DNA of 63,693 nt from Thermodesulfovibrionales bacterium (GTDB lineage Bacteria > Nitrospirota > Thermodesulfovibrionia > Thermodesulfovibrionales > UBA6898), in NCBI GenBank assembly GCA_044450345.1, contig JBIOIY010000009.1, positions 1 to 63,693 on the forward strand. Reading direction: 5' to 3'. Below the pieces are notes generated by a model. It worked only from the letters and a program-made list of their open reading frames with translations. It was not told the DNA's origin and ran no database searches. This document shows, in pieces, positions 19,709 to 31,655 of the stretch. The position numbers were made by a program, and so were the translations under genes. How positions within the stretch are numbered: the stretch's first letter is position 1; the number at the start of each line of letters is the position of its first letter.

Positions 19709-21541
19709 TTACGATTTGGGCGCTTCAGGACCGGCCCTTTTCATAAATTCAATCCAGATGGGCAGCGCGGCCTGCGCTCCCGTCTCTTTGTTCCCGATAG
19801 GTTTATGGTTGTCCCTTCCTACCCAGACCCCGACGGCCAGGCTGTCGTCGAACCCTATGAACCAGGCGTCGGTAAAATCGTTTGTGGTCCCGGTCTTTCC
19901 GTAGACCGGCCTCCCCAGTTCCTTTGCCTTGACCCCGGTCCCTTCCCGGACAACGGCCCCGAGAAGGACCTTCAGCTTTTCGACAGTGTCTTCGCTAAGT
20001 ACCTCCTCGAAGTGGGGGTATAACTCTTCGATCACGATCCCGTCCCTGTTCTCTATTCGTTCATAGGGTATCAGGCTCATCTTTTTTCCTGTTGCAAACC
20101 CGCAGTAGGCACCGACCATCTCGGCCAGGGTGACGTCGGAAGCGCCCAATGCAATAGGAAGGTAGGGCTGGAGTTCACTCGTAATCCCGAGTTTTTTTGC
20201 AGTATCGATGATATTGTCTATCCCCACCCTGCCCGCGAGCCTCACCGTCGCGGCATTCAGCGATTTTGCGAGGGCGGTCTTGAGCGTGACTCTGCCGTGA
20301 TATTTCCCGTCATAGTTCTTTGGAGACCACTTCTGCCCGGGACGTGCCCCTCTGAAAGAGATCGGCGCATCTGCGATGACATCTTCCGGCGTCATGCCAT
20401 TTTCGAGTGCGGTGCAATATACGAAGGGCTTGAATGCGGAACCCGGCTGTCTCAACGCCTGGGTGGACCTGTTGAACTGGTTCTGCCAAAAATCGAAGCC
20501 GCCGACCATAGCCTTTATATGCCCGGTGCGGATGTCGATCGCGATGAGCGACGCCTGAATGCCGGGTTTGACCCTTTTTTCGACATTCTTCACGCCCCTT
20601 CCGAGGGCCTCTTCCGCAATATGCTGCATGGATGAGTCGATCGTGGAGCGGACCCTGTATCCGGACGTATAGATCTCGGTGCCGTATTTGTGTTCCAGCT
20701 GCTGTCTCAAGATCTCTACGAAATAAGGCGCCTCGTATTTCCTGTAATGAGGTGAAGAGGGGATCGGCTCCCGCAGCGCACTTTCGTACTGGTCGCTGGT
20801 TATGAACTTGTGTTTCAGCATGATGTTCAATACGGAAGCGCGGCGGTCCTTCGACTTCTCGGGGTTTCTGAAAGGCGAATATTGAGAGGGCGCCTTCGGC
20901 AGCGTTGCGAGGAGAGCACCCTCCGCGACGGACAATTCCGTAACGGATTTCCCGAAGTATGCCTGAGAGGCCGCTTCGATACCGAAGGCCCTTGTTCCGA
21001 AATATGCCTGATTGAGATATATGCCGAGGATCTCGTCTTTTGTATAACGTTTCTCGATCTGAAGCGAGATCACCGCCTCTTTGATTTTTCTCGTGAGGGA
21101 TTTTTCCGGTTTTAAAAAGAGCATTTTTGCAAGCTGCTGAGTGATCGTGCTGCCCCCCTGGACCATTCCGCCCGCCCTGACATCGTGCACCATCGCCCTG
21201 ACTATTCCGATGAAGTCGACTCCCGGATGGCTGTAAAAGCGGACGTCCTCGATTGCGATGAATGCCTTCTTGACATGGTCGGGTATCCTGTAGTGCGGGA
21301 CGAATGTCCGGCGTTCGTAATAAAATTCAGCCAGGATTTTGCCGTCGCTTGAATAGACTTTGGACGACTCTGCCGGAACATATTCTTCGATGGCGTTGAC
21401 CCTGGGGAGATCGGAAAGTGCCCAATAGAGAAACCCCCCGGCGGCGCCAAAAAGTGCGCAGACGAAGACAAAGGCATAAATGAATTTTCTCGAGAGGGCC
21501 TTCCCTTCGGCCTTTTCAAGCTCCCGATCAAGATTAGACAT
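19709..21541 (-). CDS. Class A penicillin-binding protein (PBP1A family)
   Basis: Transglycosylase EDVRFYSH, GGSTITQQL, RKIKE; transpeptidase SAFK, SLN, KTGT. Confidence 0.95.
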   Translation of the reverse strand: MSNLDRELEKAEGKALSRKFIYAFVFVCALFGAAGGFLYWALSDLPRVNAIEEYVPAESSKVYSSDGKILAEFYYERRTFVPHYRIPDHVKKAFIAIEDVRFYSHPGVDFIGIVRAMVHDVRAGGMVQGGSTITQQLAKMLFLKPEKSLTRKIKEAVISLQIEKRYTKDEILGIYLNQAYFGTRAFGIEAASQAYFGKSVTELSVAEGALLATLPKAPSQYSPFRNPEKSKDRRASVLNIMLKHKFITSDQYESALREPIPSSPHYRKYEAPYFVEILRQQLEHKYGTEIYTSGYRVRSTIDSSMQHIAEEALGRGVKNVEKRVKPGIQASLIAIDIRTGHIKAMVGGFDFWQNQFNRSTQALRQPGSAFKPFVYCTALENGMTPEDVIADAPISFRGARPGQKWSPKNYDGKYHGRVTLKTALAKSLNAATVRLAGRVGIDNIIDTAKKLGITSELQPYLPIALGASDVTLAEMVGAYCGFATGKKMSLIPYERIENRDGIVIEELYPHFEEVLSEDTVEKLKVLLGAVVREGTGVKAKELGRPVYGKTGTTNDFTDAWFIGFDDSLAVGVWVGRDNHKPIGNKETGAQAALPIWIEFMKRAGPEAPKS

Positions 21542-21638
21542 ATGCTTTTATTATACAGGAGATGACCCGGGTGATGGGTAAGCGGGGAAATTCGGGGAAG
21601 ACCATTATAGAAAGACTAGAAATACTCCCCGATAAACC

Positions 21639-23645
21639 TCAACGTTTCTTTTTTAACAATCTCCTGGCACGGCCGGCAATGTTTTCCGCGGTGAATCCGA
21701 ACTTCTCGAAAAGCACCTTTGCAGGGGCCGAGGCCCCGAAACGGTCGATGCCGATGATATCACCTTTCAGGCCGACGTATTTATGCCAGCCGAGTGTTGC
21801 CCCGGCCTCGACCGCAAGCCTCGCTTCGACAAAAGGCGGCAGGACCTTATTCCTGTATGCTTCTGGCTGCGCATCGAAGAACTCGAAACAGGCCATATTG
21901 ACGACCCTCGCCTTCACACCCTCTTTTCTCAAAGACTCGGCGGCAACGAGCGCAAGGTGTATTTCGGCACCCGAGGCAAGAAGGATGATATCAGGGCCCC
22001 CCTTGGAATCAGAAAGTATATAGCCGCCTTTCAGGAGACCTTCGGCCGCTGCGTATTTCTTCCTGTCGAGCACAGGGAGGTTCTGCCTGCTGAGGATGAG
22101 CGCGTGGGGCCTGCCTGTGTCGGTGATCGCAGCTTTCCAGGCCGCGGCTGTTTCGTTTGCGTCCGCCGGTCTTATGACCGCCAGGTTCGGCATCGCGCGA
22201 AGGCTCGTAAGATGCTCTATCGGCTGGTGCGTCGGTCCGTCTTCTCCGAGGCCTATCGAATCGTGTGTGAGCACGTATACCACATGCTGTTTCATGAGTG
22301 CTGAGAGCCTTATCGCGGGCTTCATGTAATCGGCGAAAACAAAGAACGTGCCGCCGTAAGGTATGAGCATCTTGCTCAGCGCCATACCGTTCAACGCAGC
22401 TCCCATCGCGTGCTCCCTCACGCCGAAGTGTATGTTCCTGCCGTGCTTGACGATGCCCATATCAGGGTATTTCTTCAGGTATGTATTATTGGAGGGCGCG
22501 AGGTCCGCGGACCCTCCAATGAGCTGGGGCAGCGCATCGGCGATCGCGTTCAACACCTTGCCTGAGGCGCTTCTTGTTGCAACCGGTCCGTCGGCGGGCT
22601 TGAATACGGGCACCCTTTTCTCCCATCCGGACGGAAGCTTGCCCTCCGAAAGGTCATCCCATTTTTTGCCGGGTTCGGGATATTTTTTTGCGTATTTCCT
22701 GATGAGAGCATTCCATGCATTCTCCTCGCTCTTCCCCTTCCGCACTGACTTCTTTAAATGAGACGCGACTGCCGCCGGTATACAGAATTTTTTGTTTGGA
22801 GGACAGCAGAGGTTTTTCTTTGTCAGACAGAGTTCTTCTTCACCGAGTGGAGAGCCGTGGACGTCAGGGGTGTCCTGCTTGTTCGGGCTGCCGAACCCGA
22901 TATTCGTCCTCACCATGACGAGCGAAGGTCTCCCCTTTTCCTTCTTCGCCTTTTTTATCGCATCTTCGATCTGTCTGACGTCGTTGCCGCCCGCCCGGAG
23001 GACCTGCCAGCCGTAAGCTGCGAACCTCTTTGCCACATCCTCAGTGAAGGCGAGGTCGGTGCGACCCTCTATCGTGATCTTATTATCAGAGTACAGGTAA
23101 ACGATCTTGCCGAGTTTCAGATGTCCGGCAAGAGACGCGGCCTCCGAAGCGACGCCTTCCATCAAGTCTCCGTCGGATACGATGCCGTAGATGTGGTAAT
23201 CGACGACGGGGAACCCCGGCTTGTTGAACATCCCGGAGAGGTATTTCTCCGCCATAGCCATGCCGACGCCGGTTGCGAACCCCTGTCCGAGCGGGCCGGT
23301 TGTGGTCTCTATTCCGCATTCAGGCGCGTATTCCGGATGGCCGGGCGTTTTACTTTCCCATTGTCTGAAGTTCTTGATGTCATCGAGGGAGAGGTCATAA
23401 CCGGTGAGGTGGAGGAGGCTGTAGAGAAGAGCGGAACCATGACCGGCCGAAAGAACGAACCTGTCGCGGTTATGCCAGAAGGGGTTTTTCGGGTTGTGCT
23501 TCATGAACTTCGACCAGAGCGTATATGCCATGGGCGCATCGCCCATCGGCATGCCCGGATGTCCCGAGTTCGCCTTCTGCACGGCATCGGCCGCGAGCAT
23601 TCTTATCGTGTTGATAGAGAGTTCGTCAATGTTGGTCTTCTTCAC
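21639..23645 (-). CDS. tkt: Transketolase
   Basis: [51 protein letters not shown]. Confidence 0.98.
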   Translation of the reverse strand: MKKTNIDELSINTIRMLAADAVQKANSGHPGMPMGDAPMAYTLWSKFMKHNPKNPFWHNRDRFVLSAGHGSALLYSLLHLTGYDLSLDDIKNFRQWESKTPGHPEYAPECGIETTTGPLGQGFATGVGMAMAEKYLSGMFNKPGFPVVDYHIYGIVSDGDLMEGVASEAASLAGHLKLGKIVYLYSDNKITIEGRTDLAFTEDVAKRFAAYGWQVLRAGGNDVRQIEDAIKKAKKEKGRPSLVMVRTNIGFGSPNKQDTPDVHGSPLGEEELCLTKKNLCCPPNKKFCIPAAVASHLKKSVRKGKSEENAWNALIRKYAKKYPEPGKKWDDLSEGKLPSGWEKRVPVFKPADGPVATRSASGKVLNAIADALPQLIGGSADLAPSNNTYLKKYPDMGIVKHGRNIHFGVREHAMGAALNGMALSKMLIPYGGTFFVFADYMKPAIRLSALMKQHVVYVLTHDSIGLGEDGPTHQPIEHLTSLRAMPNLAVIRPADANETAAAWKAAITDTGRPHALILSRQNLPVLDRKKYAAAEGLLKGGYILSDSKGGPDIILLASGAEIHLALVAAESLRKEGVKARVVNMACFEFFDAQPEAYRNKVLPPFVEARLAVEAGATLGWHKYVGLKGDIIGIDRFGASAPAKVLFEKFGFTAENIAGRARRLLKKKR

Positions 23646-23793
23646 TTCGTCGCCTCCAGTACCTCATAATTAATCACTGATTCTTTATCGATATTCCTGC
23701 TTTCGGGCAGATTATATTAACACAACCAACAGCATCATTTCATAGGGCATGTATGGACAGTATTTCGGCTGCAAAGACACGATATGTTCCCTC

Positions 23794-24663
23794 TCAGGGG
23801 ACCCTGAACCGTTCATTTTTTTTCTCCAGGAACCCTTCCTTGACGAGACATGCGAGTATCCCATCGATATCGCCGGCGTATCCGGAGACCCTTTTTTTTA
23901 TTTGATTTTTTGACATAGCCGACGACCCTATCAGTGCCCTGAGTATTGCCCCTCTCACTTGCCTTGCAGACCCTTTGAAGGGAGACTGCTTCCGGTAACC
24001 GGCAGACCTCCTGTTGGGGTTTTCGACTTCAGCCTTCAATTTGACGCCATAGTCCATGAGCGCGTAATACCATTGACGGGGATCTTTGGCGTCCATGGTT
24101 TTTTCCAGGATTGGGATTATCTCCTCGTCCCCGATACCCTGTCTGTCCTGGAAAAAGAAATGGATATATACCCTTCTGATGTTCGTCTCGACAAAGAGGG
24201 AGGGCCTGCCGGTCACGAAGGTGTAGATCGCGGGCGCTGAATATTTCCCGATGCCCGGAAGTGTAATGAGGACCTCAGGATCTGAGGGGAGACTGCCCCC
24301 ATACTGTTCCACCACCGTTTCTGCAATCTTTTTTAGTGAAATAGCCCGTCTGTTGTAGCCAAGTCCCTTCCATGCATTCAAGATGTCTGAAATGGGGGCC
24401 TCTGCCAGGGCCGCAAAATCAGGGAAGGCCTTGATGAAAAGCCTGTATTTATCGAGTACCCGCCCTACCTGTGTCTGCTGGAGCATGATCTCGGAAACAA
24501 GTATCCTGTAGGGATTTCTGGTTTTCCGCCATGGGAGCGGACGTCCCTCCCGCAGGTAGTGGTCATAGATCATTTTTCTGAAGCGGGAGATCGAACGGAC
24601 CGAGACGCCCTCGTGCATGAAGATGGCTTTGAACTCGATCCCGAGGTTTCTTCCCTTTTTCAT
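23794..24663 (-). CDS. mutY: Short MutY-like A/G-specific adenine glycosylase lacking the [4Fe-4S] motif
   Basis: [30 protein letters not shown], HhH LPGIGKY; no Cys cluster after ALMDYG and no C-terminal NUDIX-like domain. Confidence 0.85.
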   Translation of the reverse strand: MKKGRNLGIEFKAIFMHEGVSVRSISRFRKMIYDHYLREGRPLPWRKTRNPYRILVSEIMLQQTQVGRVLDKYRLFIKAFPDFAALAEAPISDILNAWKGLGYNRRAISLKKIAETVVEQYGGSLPSDPEVLITLPGIGKYSAPAIYTFVTGRPSLFVETNIRRVYIHFFFQDRQGIGDEEIIPILEKTMDAKDPRQWYYALMDYGVKLKAEVENPNRRSAGYRKQSPFKGSARQVRGAILRALIGSSAMSKNQIKKRVSGYAGDIDGILACLVKEGFLEKKNERFRVP

Positions 24664-24716
24664 GGTGCACATTTAAGATAAAAGTGCAACGCCAAAAAAT
24701 CAAATGGGGGCTTATC

Positions 24717-25109
24717 ATGGTCAAAGTAGTCGCAGGAGTGATCGAAAGAGACGGGAAGGTCCTTATTGTCAGGAGGATGAAGGGAGACAAGCTCGGCAAC
24801 AAATGGGAGTTTCCCGGGGGCAAGCTGGAGAGCGGAGAAACCCCAGAAGAGGCCCTCAGGCGCGAGTTGCGCGAAGAGCTTGACATCGAAACGGAGGTCG
24901 GGGCTTTCATCTGCTCCAGCAGCTATGAGTATCCGCATATCACGGTGGAACTGCTTGCTTACCGCGTAAGGCTTCTTTCGGGAGAGATCACCCTTCACGT
25001 GCATGATGCCTCTGCGTGGGTCGCACCCGAGCGACTTGACACTTTCGATTTTCCGGCCGCGAATAAGGCGATTATCGAAGAACTCAGAAAGAAAGGAGGA
25101 TACGCGTGA
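24717..25109 (+). CDS. mutT: NUDIX hydrolase, MutT/NudG-like
   Basis: [26 protein letters not shown]udix box. Confidence 0.85.
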   Translation: MVKVVAGVIERDGKVLIVRRMKGDKLGNKWEFPGGKLESGETPEEALRRELREELDIETEVGAFICSSSYEYPHITVELLAYRVRLLSGEITLHVHDASAWVAPERLDTFDFPAANKAIIEELRKKGGYA

Positions 25110-25377
25110 CGCCTTGTAGCCTGATGACTCTTCCGATATTGACAGAAACCTGTCATTCCGGAATGCTTCGGGCAGTGACAACTTCAAAAGAAACTCGTAC
25201 CCCGATGTACTTCCTCCGCAGCTAAGTAGTGTATATATATTTTTAAGTGTCACCGGCGAACTGCCTGTAAGTAAAGGCTCTATGATAGTGTAAGTTTTTA
25301 TCGGTAAACAACTATAGGGAATTCCAGGATCGTACGTAAAAACCTGTAGCAAGCAGGTTGAGCATAATTCGAATACT

Positions 25378-26070
25378 TTATAACGTGTCTATCTTGAAAC
25401 TCATATATCCCTCAAGTACGGTGAATTCTATTTGCACTCCGGTAAATCCGGGCGAATATTGAGTCGGGGACGGTACAGCGACCCAACTGATCTCTTCAAG
25501 GAAAGCCTTTAATTCAGGTGACGCGGAATCGACGTGTACCTCACTCAAAATACCGTCCGATCCAAACTTTAAACTGACGATGGCGGTGCCGCCGTAAAAA
25601 TGTCGTTTATTAACCTTGAAGGCCTCACCTAAGAGTTCATTTACTCTGGCCCCGGCCTTCTGCTCGAAGATTTTTTTATGCATAATGATGAATTGGTAAT
25701 AGGCTTCCAGACTGGAGAACCCCCCTGTCCGAGCGGAAGGTTTTTCAACATTTTTAATTTTCGTCGAGTCGGGACTAGCTTCGACTTTCTTTCCGGGCTC
25801 GGGCGTTTCTTTTGACTCCTCGGGCAGACTGTTTACTGCTTGATTGGACAAGCTTCCCTCCTCGCTGGGCGGCGGGCTCGCAGTCAGGGACGGTTCGTCT
25901 GTAGAGTCGATCCCCGCATCGGGCAGATTTTCTTCCCTAGTAAGATCAACTGAGACGATGTTCTGGCGGTCCATGGATAAGCCGGTTATATAACTTGATG
26001 CAGCGGCCATGAGCAAAAATAGAATTAGATGAAAGAAAGAAGATGATATTATTGATTCTTTTAGATTCAT
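25378..26070 (-). CDS. Hypothetical TonB/TolA-like single-pass membrane protein
   Basis: TM helix with S-x3-H pattern (SSFFHLILFLL), Pro/Glu/Ser-rich linker, small C-terminal domain. Confidence 0.55.
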   Translation of the reverse strand: MNLKESIISSSFFHLILFLLMAAASSYITGLSMDRQNIVSVDLTREENLPDAGIDSTDEPSLTASPPPSEEGSLSNQAVNSLPEESKETPEPGKKVEASPDSTKIKNVEKPSARTGGFSSLEAYYQFIIMHKKIFEQKAGARVNELLGEAFKVNKRHFYGGTAIVSLKFGSDGILSEVHVDSASPELKAFLEEISWVAVPSPTQYSPGFTGVQIEFTVLEGYMSFKIDTL

Positions 26071-26271
26071 GACCAATTTTATTATTATAACCGATACACC
26101 TGCCGATGTTATGCCTTGGCCGTGCCGGCTTGACCGACGTTTTCGGGGACGTTGATGCAAACTTGAAACGCCGAGGAACTGAGGGTCAGGTCTATATTGT
26201 TAACATTTTGTTGTTCCTTCGGGGGCGCATAAAATTTTGACTTAGCCTTCTTTATAATTTTATGCTTATAC

Positions 26272-26532
26272 ATGTCCGGCAAATGGATAGAACTGCTTGT
26301 GACGTATGACTCTCTCGAGGCGGAGATGATAAAGGACCTCCTCGAAAGCGGCGGCATAGGAGTGGAGATAAGGTCTGCAAAGGTAACGCCCTATCCGGTG
26401 AATATCGGGAAGATGGGAGAAGTGAAGGTGCTTGTAAAGGAAGAGGACAGGGCCACGGCCGAGGAGATGCTGAGGGACCGGCAGGATAATCCGGCCGCAG
26501 GAGAACGAGATGACAGTAGCGAACCTGGATGA
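26272..26532 (+). CDS. DUF2007-like putative signal-transducing protein
   Basis: EAEMIKDLLESGGI..V.VLVKEED..A pattern. Confidence 0.8.
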   Translation: MSGKWIELLVTYDSLEAEMIKDLLESGGIGVEIRSAKVTPYPVNIGKMGEVKVLVKEEDRATAEEMLRDRQDNPAAGERDDSSEPG

Positions 26533-26944
26533 ACTGAAAAAAAAGATATTCTTCGACATGCTCGACCTCATCGGCAGGGTCTTTATCCTTGCACACTTTT
26601 CTCCGGACGTCGTCATCGGCAACCGGGGGTTTTTGCCGGAGGAGAAGGAAAAGGGGATGGTCCTTGTGTTCAACAGAAGGATGAATTTCGAATGGGACGC
26701 AGAGGGGATTTCGGCAAAACTCGTTTTCGGTCCCGCCACGCATGAGTGTTTTATTCCGCATGACGCCATCGTTTCGGTTTTTTCTCCCGAACTCTCGGCC
26801 CAGTTTTCCATTTCCCCCGGACCGGTCTCGCAGGTCAAAGAAGAGGGCCATTCAAAGAAGCGGCCGTCCAGGCCGCGCGAAAAGACGGCAAAGCCATCCC
26901 ATAATAAAGTCGTCCGGGTCGATTTTAATAAAAAAAGTAAGTAG
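26510..26944 (+). CDS. SspB-like ClpXP adaptor
   Basis: GISAKLVFG..CFIPHDAIVSVF, flexible tail ending KVVRVDFNKK. Confidence 0.7.
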   Translation: MTVANLDELKKKIFFDMLDLIGRVFILAHFSPDVVIGNRGFLPEEKEKGMVLVFNRRMNFEWDAEGISAKLVFGPATHECFIPHDAIVSVFSPELSAQFSISPGPVSQVKEEGHSKKRPSRPREKTAKPSHNKVVRVDFNKKSK

Positions 26945-26952
26945 TGAATAAC

Positions 26953-26980
26953 GTAGGGGCATATGGCCATGCGCCCTTAT
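26953..26980. repeat. Degenerate GTAG-type REP palindrome
   Basis: GTAGGGGCATATGG-CCATGCGCCCTTAT; same architecture as 32651 and 50697. Confidence 0.55.
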
Positions 26981-27167
26981 TTCAGGACGACCAGCGGGGC
27001 CGTCAAAAATTTTTTGTCAGGCCGCGTTCCGTGGATTACCCTTTCTCAGGCATTTAAGATAAGGTAACTGGGGCGCGGGGCGAAGCCCCGAACTCGCTGA
27101 TGAAACCTTGCAATCGGCAATCTGTGAGTGCTAAACTTTTAAATCCAATTTTTTCCCGGAGGTCTTT

Positions 27168-28622
27168 TTGGAGCCTTATAGTTTAGGCATCTTTGAACTT
27201 CAGCGCTTGCTCGAAAAGAAAGAAATTTCGGCGGCAGAGGTCGTATCTTCGGTCTATGGAAGGATAGACGCCGTCGAAGAAAAGATACAGGCATATGTAA
27301 CTCTCACGCGGGATGAAGCATATGAGACGGCTGCTGCAGCGGACAGGGACAGGGCCGCAGGCGGGACCGGGGCACTCATGGGGGTCCCCATGGCCATCAA
27401 GGACAATATGTGCACGAAGGGGATAAAGACTACATGCTCTTCGAAGATCCTGCAGAACTTCGTGCCTCCCTACGAAAGTACTGTTACCGCAAAGTTGATA
27501 AAAAACGGATATGTGCTTGCGGGCAAGACTAACCTCGACGAGTTTGCGATGGGATCGTCGACGGAGAATTCCGGATTTCATACGACGAGGAACCCGTGGG
27601 ACACCGGAAGGATACCGGGCGGATCGAGCGGCGGTTCGGCGGCCGCGGTGGCGGCGGATGAATGCGCTGCGGCCCTCGGCTCGGACACCGGCGGGTCTAT
27701 AAGGCTCCCTGCTTCGTTCTGCGGCGTTGTCGGTCTTAAACCCACCTATGGCCGTGTCTCAAGGTATGGACTAGTCGCATTCGCCTCCTCCTTAGACCAA
27801 ATAGGCCCCATCACTAAGAACGTAAGAGACTGCGCAATAATGTTGAACGCCATCTCAGGACGTGATCTCAGAGATTCAACCTCAGCACCGATAGAAGTTC
27901 CTGATTTCACTAAAGTTTTGGGACAAGATATCAAGGGATTGAAGATCGGCATTCCGCAGGAATATTTTGTCGAGGGCATGGATAAGGACGTTGAAGGGAC
28001 GGTCAAGGCTGCCATCAAACAGCTTGAGTCCCTCGGCGCATTACCAGTCGAGATATCGCTGCCCCATACCGAGTATGCCATCGCTACTTATTATCTCCTT
28101 GCCACGGCTGAGGCATCTTCGAACCTTGCCAGATACGACGGAGTTAAATACGGGTTCAGGACAGAGGGTAAGGACCTGCTCGACATGTACATGAAGTCAA
28201 GGGCGCAGGGATTCGGTCCGGAGGTAAAGAGGAGGATCATACTCGGCACTTACGCGCTTTCATCGGGTTATTACGACGCATATTACAAAAAGGCGCAGCA
28301 GGTGAGGACGCTCATCAAGAACGATTTCGAAAATGCGTTTAAGAAAGTCGACGTCATCGTGACCCCCACTTCTCCCACCGCCGCCTTCAGGCTCGGCGAA
28401 AAGACTGCGGACCCTCTCCAGATGTATCTTGCCGACATCTTCACGATATCGGTAAACCTCGCCGGCGTCCCGGGCATTTCGGTCCCCTGTGGTTTCACAT
28501 CCGGTAATCTGCCTATAGGACTTCAACTGATCGGGAGGCACTTCGACGAAGAGACATTATTGAAGGCGTCGTTTGCCTACGAACAGTCTACAGACTGGCA
28601 TAAAAGGAAGCCGGTTCTGTGA
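27168..28622 (+). CDS. gatA: Asp/Glu-tRNA amidotransferase subunit A
   Basis: Amidase signature [35 protein letters not shown] start with GGAGG. Confidence 0.98.
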   Translation: MEPYSLGIFELQRLLEKKEISAAEVVSSVYGRIDAVEEKIQAYVTLTRDEAYETAAAADRDRAAGGTGALMGVPMAIKDNMCTKGIKTTCSSKILQNFVPPYESTVTAKLIKNGYVLAGKTNLDEFAMGSSTENSGFHTTRNPWDTGRIPGGSSGGSAAAVAADECAAALGSDTGGSIRLPASFCGVVGLKPTYGRVSRYGLVAFASSLDQIGPITKNVRDCAIMLNAISGRDLRDSTSAPIEVPDFTKVLGQDIKGLKIGIPQEYFVEGMDKDVEGTVKAAIKQLESLGALPVEISLPHTEYAIATYYLLATAEASSNLARYDGVKYGFRTEGKDLLDMYMKSRAQGFGPEVKRRIILGTYALSSGYYDAYYKKAQQVRTLIKNDFENAFKKVDVIVTPTSPTAAFRLGEKTADPLQMYLADIFTISVNLAGVPGISVPCGFTSGNLPIGLQLIGRHFDEETLLKASFAYEQSTDWHKRKPVL

Positions 28623-30046
28623 AATACGAAGCGGTAATAGGACTTGAAGTCCACGCCCAGATGCTGACGGAAACCAAGGTATTCTGCGGATGTTCGACGA
28701 AATTCGGCTCGGGGCCGAACACGCAGACATGCGAGATCTGTATAGGGATGCCCGGTGTCCTTCCCGTCCTGAACAAAAAGGCGCTTGAATTTGCGATAAG
28801 GACCGGGCTGGCGACGAACTGCACCATATCCTCTTACAGCCGTTTTGCCCGGAAGAACTATTTCTATCCGGACCTCCCTAAGGGCTATCAGATAAGCCAG
28901 TACGAACACCCGATCTGCGAGCTAGGATTTATCGACGTTGTGGTGGACGGCGAGACCAGAAGGATAGGCATTACAAGGATCCATATGGAGGAGGACGCAG
29001 GCAAGAACATCCACGAAGGCGGCGGCAACTACAGTTTCGTTGATCTGAACAGGGCTGGCGTGCCTTTGATGGAGATAGTCTCGGAACCCGACATACGCAG
29101 TCCTAAAGAGGCGTCTGAGTATATGAAGAAACTCAGGGCTATCCTGAGGTACCTCGGTGTATGCGACGGCAACATGGAAGAGGGCTCACTGAGGTGCGAC
29201 GCGAACGTATCGGTCAGACCCGTCGGCCAAAAGGAATTCGGCACACGCGCAGAGGTGAAGAACATCAATTCTTTCAGGTTCGTCGAAAAAGCGGTCGAAT
29301 ACGAGATAAAGAGGCAGATAAAGGTGGTGGAGGAGGGCGGCAAGATCGTGCAGGAGACGAGACTATGGGATTCGGCCAGGGGCATCACCGAATCGATGCG
29401 CTCGAAGGAGGAGGCCCATGACTACAGGTATTTTCCGGAGCCGGACCTGGTCCCTATCATCGCCGAGAGAAAATGGATCGACGAGATAAGGGCCGGGCTT
29501 CCGGAACTTCCCGATGCGAGGAAGGGACGTTTCGTGTCGGAGTACGGTATACCCGAATATGACGCAGACCTTCTCACGGCGGAGAAGACGGTCGCCGCTT
29601 GGTTCGAGGATGCGGTAAAGGCCGGCGGCCAGGCGAAGGCGGTATCCAACTGGATGATGGGCGATCTTATGCGGCTTCTTAACGAGGAAAATACGTCTCT
29701 GGAAGAGTGCCCGATGAAGCCCGCGCAATTGGCGGAGATGCTGAAACTCGTTGATAAAGGGACGATCAGCGGAAAGATCGCAAAGACGGTATTTGAAGAA
29801 ATGTACAGGACGGGAAAGGACGCAGGGGAGATCGTAAAAGAAAAGGGCCTTGTACAGATCAGCGATGAATCCGAGATCGAAAAGGCGGTCGACGAAGTGA
29901 TAGCCGGACATCCGCAGGAGGCCGGGAGGTTCAGGTCTGGAGACGAGAAACTTTTGGGGTTCTTCGTCGGCCAGGTGATGAAGACGACCAAGGGGAAGGC
30001 CAACCCTAAGATGCTGAACGAGCTGCTCAAGAAAAAACTTGGCTAA
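28619..30046 (+). CDS. gatB: Asp/Glu-tRNA amidotransferase subunit B
   Basis: [43 protein letters not shown]. Confidence 0.98.
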   Translation: MKYEAVIGLEVHAQMLTETKVFCGCSTKFGSGPNTQTCEICIGMPGVLPVLNKKALEFAIRTGLATNCTISSYSRFARKNYFYPDLPKGYQISQYEHPICELGFIDVVVDGETRRIGITRIHMEEDAGKNIHEGGGNYSFVDLNRAGVPLMEIVSEPDIRSPKEASEYMKKLRAILRYLGVCDGNMEEGSLRCDANVSVRPVGQKEFGTRAEVKNINSFRFVEKAVEYEIKRQIKVVEEGGKIVQETRLWDSARGITESMRSKEEAHDYRYFPEPDLVPIIAERKWIDEIRAGLPELPDARKGRFVSEYGIPEYDADLLTAEKTVAAWFEDAVKAGGQAKAVSNWMMGDLMRLLNEENTSLEECPMKPAQLAEMLKLVDKGTISGKIAKTVFEEMYRTGKDAGEIVKEKGLVQISDESEIEKAVDEVIAGHPQEAGRFRSGDEKLLGFFVGQVMKTTKGKANPKMLNELLKKKLG

Positions 30047-30164
30047 CCCACATTATTAATTAACTATGGTTAAGAGTAAGGCGAAACCGTTCGAATACCA
30101 TATCATGCCTTATTCTGGAATGATTTGTATTAAATTGTGAATTATGCTGGCTAAGAGGGCACTC

Positions 30165-31043
30165 ATGGAAAAAATAATCGTCGAAACTAATCTGCCGGAC
30201 ATAAAGCTCCTCAGAAGGGGCAAGGTCAGGGACGTGTATGAAGTCGGGGAGCACCTCCTTATTATCGCCACAGACCGCATTTCCGCCTTTGACGTGGTGC
30301 TGCCCAACGGCGTCGCGGGGAAGGGGAAGGTCCTGACGCAGATATCGCTTTACTGGTTCAGCCGGGTGAAGGACATAATCGAAAACCATATCGTTGCAAC
30401 CGAGGTGAAGGAGTACCCGTCATTGCTGCACAAATACCGGGATGTCCTTGAAGGCAGGAGCATGCTCGTAAAGAAGGCCGGACCGATGCCGGTTGAATGC
30501 ATTATACGGGGCTATTTGTCGGGCTCGGGGTGGAAGGAATACAAGGAAAAGGGTACGGTCTGCGGTATATCGCTGCCGCAGGGCCTTGTAGAGTCGTCGC
30601 GGCTTGAAGAGCCGATATTTACACCGAGCACTAAGGCCGAAGAGGGACATGACGTCAATATCAGCTTCGATAAGATGAAGGATATAGTCGGCGATGAGAC
30701 GGCGGGGAGACTGAAGGACGCAAGCCTCAGGATTTACACGAGGGCCAGAGATATCGCGGAGAAGAAAGGCATTATCATCGCAGATACCAAATTCGAATTC
30801 GGCATGTATGACGGCGGACTCATACTCATAGACGAAGTGCTCACGCCGGATTCGTCGCGGTTCTGGTCTATGAAGACCTATGAACCGGGGAAGGGGCAGG
30901 ACAGCTATGATAAGCAGATTATCAGGGACTATCTTCTGACCCTTGATTGGGACCAGACGTATCCGGGGCCCGTCCTTCCCGACCATATTGTCGAAAAGGC
31001 GATCGCGAGGTATAAGGAGATTTACCGCATTATCGTCGGATAG
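30165..31043 (+). CDS. purC: Phosphoribosylaminoimidazolesuccinocarboxamide synthase
   Basis: [36 protein letters not shown]. Confidence 0.97.
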   Translation: MEKIIVETNLPDIKLLRRGKVRDVYEVGEHLLIIATDRISAFDVVLPNGVAGKGKVLTQISLYWFSRVKDIIENHIVATEVKEYPSLLHKYRDVLEGRSMLVKKAGPMPVECIIRGYLSGSGWKEYKEKGTVCGISLPQGLVESSRLEEPIFTPSTKAEEGHDVNISFDKMKDIVGDETAGRLKDASLRIYTRARDIAEKKGIIIADTKFEFGMYDGGLILIDEVLTPDSSRFWSMKTYEPGKGQDSYDKQIIRDYLLTLDWDQTYPGPVLPDHIVEKAIARYKEIYRIIVG

Positions 31044-31079
31044 CCCTTGCTTAGTGACGGAGGGGTTTGGAGGATTGTC

Positions 31080-31649
31080 ATGGAAAAAAAGATCTTCTAT
31101 TTTGAAAAAACGGGCAGGGACAATTCAGCAGCGTGTCTTGAGATCGTAACACGGACGCTCGCTGATGGAAAATACGGCCACTTGGTTGTTGCAACCACCA
31201 CCGGCGCCACGGGGCTGATGTTTTCAGATGCCCTGAAAGGGGGCGGTGTCAACGTTGTTGCCGTTACCCATTCCGCAGGTTTCAAGGGTCCCAACACGTT
31301 CGAAATCCCTGATGATCTGCTCACAAAAATCAAGGCGAACGGCGCAAAGATTTATACCGGAACGATACTCACGCATTCGATCGAGACGTCTCTTAATGCG
31401 AAATTCAGCGGCATTTACCCGGCGATGATTATCGCGCAGTCATTGAGAAGGTTCGGCGAGGGCGCCAAGGTCTGCTGCGAGATCACTATGATGGCCGCTG
31501 ATGCAGGGCTAATCCCAGAGGGCGAAGAGGTTATTGCCGTGGCCGGGACGGGTTACGGCGCGGATACGGTCATGGTGCTGAGATCAGCGGCGTCGAAGAG
31601 GTTCCTAGAACTGAGGGTGCTTGAGATACTTGCCAAACCGAGGGTTTGA
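31080..31649 (+). CDS. Conserved protein of the pyruvate kinase alpha/beta (PK_C-like) fold
   Basis: YFEKTG..N, VVATTTGATG, VTH..GF, FGEGAKVCCEI..MAADAG, GTGYGADT. Confidence 0.8.
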   Translation: MEKKIFYFEKTGRDNSAACLEIVTRTLADGKYGHLVVATTTGATGLMFSDALKGGGVNVVAVTHSAGFKGPNTFEIPDDLLTKIKANGAKIYTGTILTHSIETSLNAKFSGIYPAMIIAQSLRRFGEGAKVCCEITMMAADAGLIPEGEEVIAVAGTGYGADTVMVLRSAASKRFLELRVLEILAKPRV

Positions 31650-31655
31650 CTAAAC

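Noticed and set aside
25121..25155. Hammerhead-like CTGATGA..GAAAC
   Set aside because: No valid stem II closing pair or flanking stems I/III
24660..25352. 230-aa minus-strand ORF
   Set aside because: Overlaps the clear NUDIX gene antisense; no RBS or recognisable domain
27060..27167. Missing gatC upstream of gatAB
   Set aside because: No remnant is seen, and gatC is often encoded separately; cannot be judged from this window
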